From Prorocentrum cordatum (taxonomy: Eukaryota): 64,000 nucleotides of DNA. The notes beneath the pieces are model-generated. The model saw only the letters and a list, made by a program, of their open reading frames with translations, had not been told where the DNA came from and made no database searches. The position numbers and the translations under genes are program-made. Location of the stretch: positions 1 to 64,000 of the forward strand of contig CAUYUJ010000040.1 of NCBI GenBank assembly GCA_963575745.1, read 5' to 3'. Positions 11,380 to 25,400 of this stretch are shown piece after piece (the first letter of the stretch is position 1; every line of letters begins with the position of its first letter).

Positions 11380-12560
11380 GTGGGTGGTGGTGCGCGTGCG
11401 TGCGTGCGTGCGTGTGTGCGTGTGTGGTGGTGGTGGTGGTGGTGGTGGTGGTGGTGTGGGATGGGTGTGTGGTGGTGGGTGGTGGTGGTGGTGGTGGTGG
11501 TGGTGGTGGTGGTGGTGGTGGTGCGGCGCGGTGGTGGCGGGCGGATGGGCGCGCGAGAAAGAGGCCCGCGCTGGGGCGAGAACGCCATCCTGAACGACGG
11601 AGGCCAAACACCGATCCGAAAATGAAGCCCACGCTGCAGCGGGAGCACGATTCGGAACGATTCGGGAGCAGAAATGAGGCCGGCGCCTCAGCGAGAGCAG
11701 CATTGAAAAAAAAACAAGCGAAATTTCCCGGGAATCCTGTGTGTAAAAAACAATACGCGGGGGGGTGTCGGATATCTTCGGGGCGCCATCAGGGGAAGTG
11801 GGAGAGTATTTTCATATTGTGTAATTGTAAAGGGAGGAAAAGAAGGAGAGAAGAGAGGGGGGGGCGGGGGGAGGGAGGGAGGAAAGGAGGAAGCTGGAAG
11901 CGGAGGAGGAGGCGGAGGAGATGGAGGAAGAGATGACGGAGGAGGAGGAGGAGGAGGAGGAGAGGAGGAGGAGTGGGGAGGAGGAAGAGAAGGGGGAGGA
12001 GAGGAGGAGCCGGGGAAGAGAGTGGGAGGAGGAGGAGGAGGAGGAGGAGGAAACAGAGGAAAAGGAGGAGGAAGAGGAAGGCAGGAGGAGGCTTGCAGAA
12101 AACTGTGCACGTTGGTGCCTCGCGGTTGCTGCCACTTGCGCCTTGACCTTCCACGCGCCCAAGGCCCCTCCCGCGCCGTCTTGGCGCCGTCTTGGAGACG
12201 CGTCATTCTTAAACCGTCCTCAGTTGGTGGAAGCTCGAAAAATCGAGGATGGGGAAGGACTTCCGCCCTCTCCTCCTCCTCCTCCTCCTCCTCCTACTCC
12301 TCCTTCTCCTGTTTCCTCTGCCACCTCCTCCTCCTTCGTCTCCTCCTCCTCCTCCTCCTCCTTCCTCCCTCCCTCCTCTCCCTCCTCCTCCTCCTCCTCC
12401 TCGTCCTCCTCTTCCTCCTTCTCTTCATCCTCCTCCTTCTTCCATCCCCTCCTCCTTTCATCTCCTCGCCCGCGTCCTCCTCCTCCGTCCTCCATCATCC
12501 ATTCTCCATTCTCCACGCCCCATCCTCGTCCTCCCCCCCCTCTTCCTCCTCCTCCTCCTT
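11380..12560. repeat. (GTG)n, (GGA)n and (CCT)n simple-repeat tracts
   Basis: Direct inspection. Confidence 0.9.
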
Positions 12561-13019
12561 TTTCCAAGTCCATTCCTTCCCGGGGCCCGCGCATGCATAA
12601 AAAAGTTTGGGCATTCCGCGGGCTACACTTGCGCGGGGGTGTCCGGGCTTTCCCAAAGCGTCCGGGAGTAATGGTCTGAGCGCCCGTTGTGGGGAAGCGC
12701 ACCTCAGTAGTTTTCAAGGTTCAGGCCGCTGCCTCAGAGGGATAAGGTCCTAAATATCGCTCGGTTTCACTGGCCGCGCCCATGCGCCGCCGAGCCCTTC
12801 GCGAATTCTGGATCCGCTTCTGGTGCATCCGGCTGGCCACTCAAGCATTACGAGACCTAAGAGTCATCCAGCCCATCCCATTGGACATCCGCCCGTCAGA
12901 ACTCATCATCGATAATGATTCTGTCCGCGACGACTTGTCGTTGCCACCCAAGGAAAACTTGAGCTCTAATATATAATAGCCTTCGGCCTATCCCGCCACC
13001 ATGCCTGGGTTGTACGTCT

Positions 13020-13590
13020 CGCGCCTCTTGAGTCATCGTTGGGGTCTCGTGGTGCGCCTCTCGCGGGCCACTGGGAAGCAGTTTCGAAACCTGTTGGCGG
13101 CCATTTGGGTGCCTCTTGAATATTTTGGGCCCTCTTGGAAGCTTCTTGGGACCAGAAGGGGCCTCTTGGGGGCGCCTTGAGGCCCCTTGGAAACCTCTGG
13201 CGGCCTCCTGGGGCCCCCTCGGAGCGAAAAGCTAGGTTTTTGAACTATTGGTTACCATCTTGGACCCCTCTTGGAGCCTTCTCGCGCCGTCTTGACAGCC
13301 TGTTGGGCCGTCATGGGGCCATCTTGGGAGCCTCTTGGGCCATCTGGGGCCGATCTTTGGGGCCTCTTCGGCCGTCATGGAGCGCCGGGAAGCCGAACAA
13401 GTCGAGAAGGTAAAGCACATCGAAACACACGCGCACTAGGAAATCAACGATTTTAGCCTCTCGGAGCCCTCTTCGGAATCTTGTGGAGGCCTCTTGGAGG
13501 CCTCTTGGGGCGTCTTCGAGGCCTCTTCACCCGTCTGAGGGCCGTCTGGAGCGTATTGGAGCGCTCTTCGGGCGTCTCGGGACCGACCAA
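13020..13590. repeat. GGCCTCTTGG dispersed repeat family copy
   Basis: Same units and AT-rich GAAATCAACGATTTTAGCCTC block as 1285-2015. Confidence 0.65.
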
Positions 13591-14639
13591 ATATGTATCC
13601 CGCGTTCGCCTCGCTTCGCCCTGCCGTGGGCCAGCGGTTTTCGGTGACGCCGGGAGCGCGCATGCGCGGGCGCGACGCCACAGACGCACCGGGCCAGTCC
13701 GTATCCGCGCGCTTCCGAGCAGTTTTGTCTCCACGGACGTCATATACAACCAAAGGCTTTCCCAGCCAAACACGCCCCCGCCGCCCCGCAACAGTCTTCC
13801 TTCCGATCCGCCGCGTTTGGGCCGCACCCCGCACACTTGCTCCCATCCAGCAAATCATGCAAAGGCGTTAACTGCCCACCTGAAGCTCCTGGAATCTGCG
13901 CTTCGGGCTCCCGCTTCTGATTACAACGCATACGGCAACGTGCGCACCGCGCAGCGCCTCCAGGGGAAACTGATGTCACATTTCACAGCAGTAAAAAGCG
14001 GGTTGGACAGGCACGAGAAGACGACCCGTGCCCAACGGGCGATCCTTCGCCAAATTCCGCCCGGCAAGGTATTCACGACAAGCTTGCTCTTGGAATTTGC
14101 ATTCAGCCTGTTGGCGTTGCGATGCATCTGGACACATCGCGCGCCCATCGAGGAGGCGCAGGGCGTCGCGAGCAAACTGAAAGTGTTCTTGCGCGCCGTC
14201 GGGGCTGACGGCCATCAGCCATTCACGAAACAAGCGGCTTGCGCCGCTCCGCCGACCTCTGCATGAGAAGGCATACCGGAGCCAACGACCAAATGCAAAG
14301 GGAGGAGAAAGGAGGACGAAGAGGAGGAGAACAACGACGACAACGACAAAGACGACGAGAAGAAAAACCATATTTAGGAGGAGGCGACGGCGACGACGCG
14401 TTATGGGCCCCCCAGGAGGAGGAACAATATCGAAGAAAGGCCAATGATATAACGCGTTATCTCGCTCCCGCCAACCGGAGCCCGGCGGATTCTGAGCTCA
14501 GCTTTTAACCCTTGGAAAAAAGAGTGAGCCCGCATTCGGCACCTGACTGTTCCTCAGCAGAGATCCGCCCTCCACCGCTGCGCTGTGGGTTCCGCTTCGC
14601 TCGGGGGAGCCATCCGCCTGCCTCCGGCAACTTGCCGCC

Positions 14640-15200
14640 GCCTCCGCGTCCTCCTCCTCCTCCTCCTCCTCATCCTCCTCCTCCTCCTCTTCCTCCACCT
14701 CCTCCTCCCCTTATCCTCGCACTCCTCCTCCAGTTTTCCCTCGTTCCCTTCCTCGTGCTGCAGCTGCTGCTGTTGCCGCTCCTCCTCCTCCTCCTCATCT
14801 TTCTCCTCCTCCTCCTCCTCCTCCTCCTCCTATCTTCAGGTTCTCCTCGTCTTCCCCCTTCCACCCCTGCTTTTCCTCCTCCTCCTCCTCCTCCTCTTCC
14901 TCCTCTTCCTCCTCCCTCCTCCTCCTCCTCCTCCTCCTCCCCGCCCTCCTTCCTCCTCTCTCCTCCTCCTCCTCCTCCTCCTCCTCCTCCTCCTCCTCCT
15001 CCTCCTCCTCCAGGTTATTATATTTCTCCTCCAGTCGCTGCTGCTGTTGCTGCTGCCGCTGCTGCTAGCGCTGCCGCTGCTGCTGCTCCTCCTCCTCCTC
15101 CTTCCACCCCTGCTGTCCCACCTCCTCCTCCTCCTCCTCCTCCTCCTCGTCCTCCCCCTCCGACTACAACCACTACTACTACTACTACAACAACAACATG

Positions 15201-15256
<56 letters not shown>

Positions 15257-15275
15257 GTACGACTACTACTACTAT

Positions 15276-15312
<37 letters not shown>

Positions 15313-15518
15313 GCTAGTACTACTACTACTACTGCTAGTACTAGTATTAGTACTATTACTAGTACTAGTACTAGTACTAGTAGTACTAGTACTAGTACTA
15401 GTACTAGTACTAGTACTAGTACTACTACTACTACTACTACTACTACGACTACGACTACTACGACTACACTACGACTACGACTACGACTACTACTACGAAC
15501 GACTACACTACGACTACG

Positions 15519-15591
<73 letters not shown>

Positions 15592-15625
15592 ACTACTACT
15601 CTACTCCTACTACTACTACTCCTAT
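14640..15625. repeat. (CCT)n followed by (CTA)n/(CTAGTA)n microsatellite
   Basis: Direct inspection. Confidence 0.95.
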
Positions 15626-15787
15626 CCTTATTCCTTATTAGAATATACTCCTACTCCCCCCTCAGGCCGGCAGATAGGGGCGCATCCGGGTGGTCCCATC
15701 CTAACTTGTAAAAAACAATACAAAATCAACATTTTTCTTATTTTTTCCTCTCGACATGGACGTCCTGTCGTCCACGGCGATAATCCA

Positions 15788-16175
15788 TTGCAAAAAATAC
15801 CACGAAGAGCACACGCGCGCGTTCATGTCATAATCCTACCGAACACAGTGTGCTTGCAAACATTTCAACATAAAAACATCAAAAACCCAATGTTTTTTTT
15901 TCACAAAAAAATGTACAAATTTCCCGCCCGGGCTCTCTTGCTGAAATCGTAGGAAAACCATCGGAATCTTAAGAATTCTGTCAAATCCAGCGATTTCACG
16001 TCATCGCGCGGTGCACTCGCGATGCTCTGTCATGCACCCAGGCCGCGAATCCTGTGCAAAAAAAAACTACAAAGAGCGCACTCGCGCGTTCATGTCAGAA
16101 TCCTACCGAATACCGTGTTTTTGCAAGCATTTCCACATAAACACATCAAAAACCCAATGTTTTTTCACAAAAATG
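15788..16175 (+). repeat. Two ~125-bp diverged direct repeats (~15788-15913 and ~16055-16175)
   Basis: ...CGCGCGTTCATGTCA(T/G)AATCCTACCGAA...CATCAAAAACCCAATGTTTTTT... occurs twice. Confidence 0.8.
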
Positions 16176-16454
16176 CTTTGGGGTGTCCTGTCAGACCGTC
16201 GGGCTTCCTCCGGCCACCTCTGGCTTCCTGCGGTGTACCGGGCCATTCTCGACTCGTCTGGCAATGCGTGCGCGGCATTCAACACGCGCTCGCCAGTTCC
16301 CGTCGGCAACCGCCATCGCGGCCGCATCAGCTGTACCAAACCGGCTGGCCGGTGTGACTTCGGCCCCCAGTTGTGCCAGCTTTGCTTCTTATGTTGTGGG
16401 AGGGCGGGTGGGACTGGGCATGCCATGCTTGACTCGCTCGAGCTGGCTAGCTTG

Positions 16455-17463
<1,009 letters not shown>

Positions 17464-17519
17464 CGCATAGACCACCCTTCGGGTGATAAGGAGGTGACGG
17501 GGGGGAGGGACCAACGTCG

Positions 17520-18262
17520 CACTCGATTGATCTCATTATCGAAGTCACTACCGATCCCACAATCGATCTCAATCGATAGATCTCACAATCGATCTGACTA
17601 TCGATCTCACAATCAATCTCACAATCGATCCCACAATCGATCTCACATTCGGTCTCGCTATTGATCTCACAATCGATAGCACAATCGATCTCGCATTCGA
17701 TCTGACTATCGATCTCACTATCAAATCACTATCGATCTCCCTATCGATCTCACATTCGGTCTCACTATCGATCTCACTATCGATATCACAATCGATCTCG
17801 CATTCGGCCTCACTATCTGTATCTTTTTATCGAACTCACTGTCGATCTCATTATCGATCTCACCATCGATTCCACCATCGAAATCACAACCGAACTCACA
17901 CTCGATCTCACATTCGGTCTCATCATCGATCTCACTATCGAAATCACGACCGATCTCATTACCGATAGTGATCTCACTACTAACTCAATCGATCGATCTC
18001 GCAATCGATCTGACTATCGATCTCACAATAGATTCCACAACCGATCTCACATTCGGTCTCACTATCGATCTCACTATCGATATCACAATCAATCTCACAA
18101 TCGATATCCCATTCGGTCTCACAATCGATCTCACTATCGATCTCAATTTCGATCTCACATTCGGTATCTAAATCGATCTAACAATCGATCTCACAAGCGA
18201 TCTGACATTCGATGTCACGTTCGATCTCACAATCGATATCATTACCGATCTCACTATCGATC
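17520..18262. repeat. 12-bp minisatellite (ATCGATCTCAC[A/T])n
   Basis: About 60 degenerate units. Confidence 0.9.
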
Positions 18263-18331
18263 ATCAAAACAAAACATCAACATCGTCATCATCATCACCA
18301 TCATCATCATCATCAATATCATCACCATAAT

Positions 18332-18595
18332 CGGGACACCGACGGGGCACCGGCGGGACACCGCGGGCCCCCGGCCGCCCGGAAGGGAATCATTTCGTCC
18401 GGCCGCGCCTTAGCCACACGGGACACCAACGGGACACCGGCGGGACACCGCGGGCCCCCGGCCGCCCGGAAGGGACTCATTTGGTCCGGCCGCGCCTCAG
18501 CCACACGGGACACCAGCGGGACACCGGCGGGACACCGCGGGCCCCCGGCCGCCCGGAAGGGAGTCAGTCATTTGGTCCGGCCGCGCCTCAGCCAC
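18332..18595. repeat. 3 x 87-bp tandem repeat
   Basis: CGGGACACC...GGCCCCCGGCCGCCCGGAAGGGA...GCCACA starts at 18332, 18419 and 18506. Confidence 0.9.
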
Positions 18596-18719
18596 AAGAG
18601 ACTTTCTCTCGCCCGCCCACGCAGCTTCGCCTCGCCCGCACGGCACGCACGAACACGAAACCGAAATCGATTTCCCGGTAGGGGGGCTCTCCGTTCCACT
18701 TCAATCTCACCCCCTCACC

Positions 18720-18832
18720 TCCGACTACTACTGCTAGTAGTAGTGGTAGTACTACTACTACTACTACTACTGCTACTACTACTGCTACTACTACTACTAC
18801 TACTACTACTGCTACTACTACTGCTACTACTG

Positions 18833-18869
<37 letters not shown>

Positions 18870-18896
18870 GACTACTACTCTCACTACTACTACTCT

Positions 18897-18976
<80 letters not shown>

Positions 18977-18977
18977 G

Positions 18978-19072
<95 letters not shown>

Positions 19073-19267
19073 GTACTACTACTACGACTATTACTACTAG
19101 TACTACCACCACCACTACTACTACTACAACTCCTACTCCTACTCCTACTCCTACTCCTACTACTACTACTACTACTACTACTGGTAATAATAATAATAAT
19201 ACAAATAATAATAATACTGCCACTACTAATGCTACTGGTACTACTACTACAACAACAACTACTACTA

Positions 19268-19312
<45 letters not shown>

Positions 19313-19409
19313 GTACTACCACCACTACTACTACTACTGCTACTACTACTACTACTACTTCTACTACTACCACTATTACTCTTACTACTCTTACTACTCT
19401 TACTACTCT

Positions 19410-19505
<96 letters not shown>

Positions 19506-19650
19506 AATTCTTCTTCCTCCACGTCTACCTCCTCGTCCTCCTCCTCCTCCTCCGCTTCCTCCTCCTCCTCCTCATCGTCGTCTTCCTCCTCTTCCTCCTC
19601 CGCTTTCTCCTCCCACTCTTCCTCCTCTTCCTCCTCCACATCATCATCCG
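18720..19650. repeat. (CTA)n then (CCT)n microsatellites
   Basis: Direct inspection. Confidence 0.95.
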
Positions 19651-20305
19651 TCCCCGTTCCTCTGCGTCTTCCTTTTCAGTCTGCTCCTCCACCTGCTTTC
19701 ATCCCGTTCTTGTTCCTGTTCCTGTTCCCGTTCGGCGGTTGGCAACGTAAGCGGCGGCTGTGCGGCCATTTCGTCGGATCTGGCCCTCAGCGATCTGCGT
19801 TTCTTGGGCTGGGGATCTTTTGTCCACCCAGGGCTGAGGAGGAAGGCTGGACCTTGTGTCCATCCTCGTGCTCCTCCGTGCGCAGTGCCAGTCGAATCGA
19901 CGGGTTTTGCCTTTGGCCGCCCAAAGCATCAAGACGACTCGGCTGGGCCGCGAGTTGCCTCGACGACGAGGTCCCCCCGATACCGAACAACAACACATGA
20001 CTCGTAGAGCTTCCCTAAGAGCGTAAGCGGCGAAGCTAGAAGAGTAATTCCGGCGGGCTGGGGGGCTAGTTGGCAACAAAATCCCGACAGAAGTTTTGCA
20101 TACTTTTGCTCGGTTTCAATTCGATTTTTCGAAATTCAACAATTCGTTAGCGTTCTAGTATGTTTTTCTCCTCAGATTCGATCTTACTCCCGCTCGCCAT
20201 CTTCATCTCGTATCGATCGGGTACATACTACTTCCAAAAAAACCTTCCGGCGGGATCGGCTGTTTAATGTCATCTTGGCAGGTGCTTTCGGTTTTCTTCA
20301 CTTCT

Positions 20306-20970
20306 ACTCGAGCTGTAGAGGAGCTACAGAGCTGTTCGGCACAGCAATCAAAAGAACATCATCAAGCGCACTCGTCCCAAGTGTTCAGATGCCTGAACTC
20401 GGTCTGCTGCCAGAGCTGGGTCTGGAAAACGATTCGTCTTCTGCTATTTGTTCCAAAGGTGGTGATGCGTTTTTTGACGCAACTCGAGCTGCAGATGAGC
20501 TACACAAATGTGCGGTACAGCAACCGAAAGAAAATCATATGGCGCGCTCTTCTGAAGTATCTAGATGCCCGAACTCGGTGTGATACCACAGTTGGGTCCT
20601 AAACACACTTCGTATTCGGCTAATTTTTCAAATAATGACGATGCTGTTAGTTATGTAGCTCGAAATGCATGTGATATACAGAGCTGTTCGGCACAACGAT
20701 CGACAGAAAATCATCAGGAGCGCTCTTCTGAAGTATCTAGATGCCCGAATTCGGTGTGCTACCACAGCAGGGTCCTGAACATTATTCGCATTCTGCTAAT
20801 TGTTCATAGCCCATCATGAGTTTATGGCTGCAACTCGAGCTGTAGATGAGCCACAGAGCTGCGTGGCACAACGCTCGAAAGAAAATCATCCGACGCGCTA
20901 GTCTCGAGTATCTAGATGCCCAAACTCGGTATGCTTCCAAGCCTGGTGCCAAACAACTATTCGTAATCCA
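20306..20970. repeat. ~176-bp diverged satellite, about 3.7 copies
   Basis: (A/G)CTCGA units start at 20306, 20482, 20658 and 20833; each contains GTATCTAGATGCCCGAACTCGGT-like cores. Confidence 0.8.
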
Positions 20971-22154
20971 CTAAATCGTTCCTCTTTTCCCTCTCCATTC
21001 TTCCCCGTCTGCTCGTCATGCTGCTCTTCCTCCTTCCCCTCATTATCCTCTGCCTGCTCCTTTTTCTCCTCCTCCTTCTTTTCCTCAGCCTCCTCCATTT
21101 TCTTCTCCTCCCCACTCCCTCTTCACCTCCGCGTCCTCCTCCATGAAACCGCACCCTCGCGCGCGCGGAATGCAAGATTGCCGCGTCCGCATTCCACGAG
21201 GAAGCTCTACGAGTTCCCGGCGGTAACCAAAGTTGACGGTTTACCGCCGGCTCCCAGTGAGTTCCACGACTAGCCGCGCGAGCTGCGCGGCGGCGGGTTT
21301 GCGAATACATTAGCAACGACGTGGAGGGCCTAACACAGCTGGACCAGAACAACACTTCGACCACCTCGTGCTCAGCGGATCTGGACCTCGGGAATTGATC
21401 TCTTTCTATACCAGTGCTGCGCAGCTTCCGCCCGACCACGCAAGAATGACAAACGCACCGCGTCCTGATAAGGAATCAACGTAGACCTATTATTATTTGC
21501 GCGCGCTGGAAGCGAAACCACATAACCGAACGCCCCACATGCCTGCGCCCATCGGGCCCGCGACTCTTGGAACCTCCGCGTTCGTGAATAATGGAACAAC
21601 CCGGAAAGTTGCAGCATTAGCATCGCAGACTCTGGCCGCCTCGCAGCTCTGGTCCAAGATGTTTCTCTTTGCGCAGGGCGAGCGCATGGAGGTTTACAAA
21701 GACATCCGCAAAGAGCTGCAGTTACACCCGGCGAACAAAAAAAACGCATGACAAAGTGCGCGAAGCTTTGGGCCAGCTTCTGCGCGAAGTGCACGAGTTT
21801 CAGTTTGTATTATGTGAGGAAAGCCAAATTAGGAGCAAACGCATCCAGGATGCGACTGACGCGGAAACGACAGCGCCCCGCGCAGACTCGTCCGATCATT
21901 CCGAGGATCTCGACCCCGGCCTTTCCGGGGACGAGCGGCGCCATGGGAAAAAACAAAAAACAACGCGTAGGAAGAGAAGTGACAAGATTTGCAGGAGGTG
22001 GAGGAGGAGAACGGAGGAGGTCCTCATCATTATCCTCCTCCTCCTCCTCCTCGTCCTCGCGTGTCCTCGTCGTCCTCCTCTTCGTCCTCTTCCTCCCCAT
22101 CCCCCTCTTCCCCCCCGTTCCCTCCCCCCTCCCTCCCCCTCCTCCTCTTCCTCC

Positions 22155-22395
22155 CGACGACGACGACGACCTCGACGACCGCGACGGCCATGACGACGAC
22201 GACCGCGACCACGACCACGACCGCAACGACCACGACGACCACGACGACCACGACGACCACGACGACGACGACGATAACGATGACGACGACGACCGCGACG
22301 ACCACGACGACGACGACGACGGCGACGCCGACGACTTTGACGACGACGACTTTGACGACGACGACGGCCACCACCACCACCGACGACCGACGACA
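22155..22395. repeat. (GAC)n microsatellite
   Basis: Direct inspection. Confidence 0.9.
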
Positions 22396-22439
22396 ACGGG
22401 CCCCCGAGACGGCTTCAGGATGCAGAAAACATCGGTACC

Positions 22440-25400
22440 GCTCCTTCGTTATGGTCCGTCGCCGGCCTGTCGGGGCACTCCCCTACCGGACCTTGGCGCC
22501 ATTGCCATCTGCCGTCTGTCTCGCACCCGCGATTATATGATCTTTGGCACGCGTGCCCCTTGTCAAACACTTGCATACGTGAATCGCTGATTTGTCGTGT
22601 ACACCCGGAGCTGATCTGAAATCGGTTGCCCGGTCGCGAAAAGTCACGCGCGCGGTCTCGTCGTGGAGCCCCCGCGATAAGTCATCCATCGCTAGCGAGT
22701 GATCCATTGTGGCCAGATGTCCGAATGTCGTGGGATTCGCGCATGGTTGTGGTGCCCATAGCCTTTTGTTCTGCGCCTTTCTCTGCTGGCGCCGCATGGC
22801 ATTTGCCCAGTTGCATAGTGAACAACAAGGGTTCTTTCGGGTACGTGTGAGTAAATGCGAGAGGGAGGCAGCGCTCTTTTTGAATCGCTCCGTCGCAGAG
22901 ATTGGCACCTCGAACTCAGCATCATCTGGGTCCAATTCGGGAGGTGCGTCGATATCGACGGGATCATCTCACCCCGAACCCTCACTTGCATCCTTGCTTT
23001 GCCCTGGGGCGGCGACTATGCTAGTCAGCTCGCGCTCTGCGCCGTAGGGCGCGACTCCAGATGCCCCGTGACAGCATGGGTTCTTATAGCTGATCGCGCA
23101 CCCACCAGCTGTGACGTGGCATGGTTTCTCATAGCCATCAACTGCGTCGTGATTGGGAGCAAACGAGGAACATGCAAAACTCATGACGCCCGCCGGTGTC
23201 TTCTCCCAACCGCGTTCACGAGCTGCATGAGGCACGTTGTAAATATACGTGATTGTATCCACAGAGTCTGTGACAGACGGAAATGCGTGCTCAGCCGATG
23301 TCTCTCGAAGGTCAGGCCCTCTCTCGAATGTCTCGCGCCTCGCCCCCGAACCCCTCGACGACCGAAGGCGGAAGGGCCAAGGGGCCACCCCCCGGGGGGC
23401 GCGGCCCAGGCCGTCGCCAGCGCCTCCGGGCCAGCGAGCGCGGCGTGCAGCTCGGCCAGCAGCTCGCCGGCGCGGGCGCAGAGCTCCTCCGCGTCGGCCG
23501 GGCGCCCCCGAACCGAAGCAGGGGGGGGGAAATTCTGAATATCGTTTAACCGATACCCATCCCCGCCAGCGCGGGCTGGGCCTCGCTGGCCGATGCCCCT
23601 CTATATGGGGATATAATTAAGCCGTTCCTTTCGGGCTTCGAGGGGTGCATCCCCAACTGGGGTGGCAATTTGGTGGGGGTCTCGAAGGACATAGGGGATG
23701 GGGATGGGGGTCGGTTAAACGATGCCGAACAATTCTGCGGGAGTTCTGGGGCACTCCTCGATGCTCGTTCTGGGGCGGCCTTTCCATCTGCGTAGCCATG
23801 GTTACCAATCATCCCATGTGTCTGCAAGTCTAACGTTGCGCGACTCTGAATGGAGCGGTCCACATCATCCAGGAACGTCTTGGCGCCTGACGTCACGCAA
23901 CACCACCGCTCGAGAGTAACAGGCTGTCCGGCGGCAACCGCGCACATCCACTGACCCAATGCCTCTCTGCCAGATAGGGTCGAGTATGGTATCTTGCCCT
24001 CAACGATCAGGTCTACTCTGCGACCGCTGGGCATAAATAAATAGGGTCGTTGGCCTGACGGCCAAACGAAACTAAAGCCGTGATCCATGCACCGCTCTCC
24101 TACCGAAATGACAGCCGGCGTGTCCGGCATGACTAATGCGTCGAAGCTTCCATTCGTGAAATTCGGGCATGCGACGCAAACTGATCCGAGGGCCCGCGAG
24201 GAAACGCCGGCAGCGTTCAAGGTGGTGATCGATTCGCCCAACCGTTCGATCCTACCCATTGCGCCTGCAGCGCAAATGGATCTCTCTGCGATGAGATTGC
24301 ATCCGCAGCCCGCATCGACTATGAACCTAGGCGCACCGAGGTTTACAGGCAACTTCTCTCTACGCCCGGCGGCGGCTGTGCCGCGCTGGGTGGCGCGTCC
24401 ATTTTCTTCGGACGCTAGCCGCAGATGCCGAACCTCTTCGGCCAACTCAGATGCTCTGAGCTGCGCGTCTCTCGATGCTGTTTTCCATTCAGTGTGCGCC
24501 CGTCTGTGCTCTTCCTTTGGGGACCTCCACCTGTCCGCAATGCTCGAAGGCAACTCCCGTGAGCTGCGGCGACTGGCCCTCCTCCGAGTAGTGGTCGGTT
24601 CGCGGGTGGATGGGTGGAACTTCGCACTATATCCGCATCTTTCCGTCTCTGCAGTTCCGATGCAGCTATTCCCAGGAGGCTCGTCACAAAAAGAGACGAT
24701 GACCTCTCTAAGAAGAGGGTGTGAATCAACGAGGATAGAGACAACTTTAGTCAGTTTCTCTCCGCGCTCCTGTTGAGTTTCAGAAGCGGGAACAGCTTCC
24801 TCGGAAACTTTGATAGGATTACAAGAACATGCATTGTCGAAGTCGATCTCGGTGGGTCGCCCTCCTGAAGTAATGCGTATATCACGCGTGGTTTGAGCCA
24901 ATGGTGCGGGGCAGGCAATGATGATTCGACTGACTGCGCCAGCGAGACTATACTCCGCCTCCCCGCGGCTATTCGGCCAGTTGGATCGTCGTGACCAACC
25001 GCTCAAAAAGTTAACGATCGTCAGCTAGGTAAAAAATATACAACGAACTCCCTAGCACTGGCCCAGAGCAGGACAGTGCTAAGCCATCGTCACGAATGAT
25101 GCGGCGTCTTCTTTGCATGCCATCAATATTTGCCCCGCGAGCAAGATCCGGGCTCTGTGAATTTCTCACGTGGTTTGCATTTCCCTTTCCCTTTGCCCTT
25201 GCCTCGGTGTTTCCCGCGACCTTTGCTCGACTCCCTGCTTCTTGGGACATTAGCTGAAATCGCTTCTGCTTCGGTCAAGCCTCTGCGCTGCCTAAAACAG
25301 CCATCCTGGGGACCCTTGCGATTTCGAAGATCACGTGACCACGCATAGCACGCCATCTTGCTCTGTCGTTCTCTTAATGCTTCCGACGGAGCCCTCGTCC

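Noticed and set aside
13481..14266. 261-aa ORF with a non-repetitive C-terminal half
   Set aside because: It starts inside a repeat and has no recognisable motifs, so no product can be supported.
21160..21990. Complex, coding-like sequence
   Set aside because: Only short broken ORFs with no recognisable domain.
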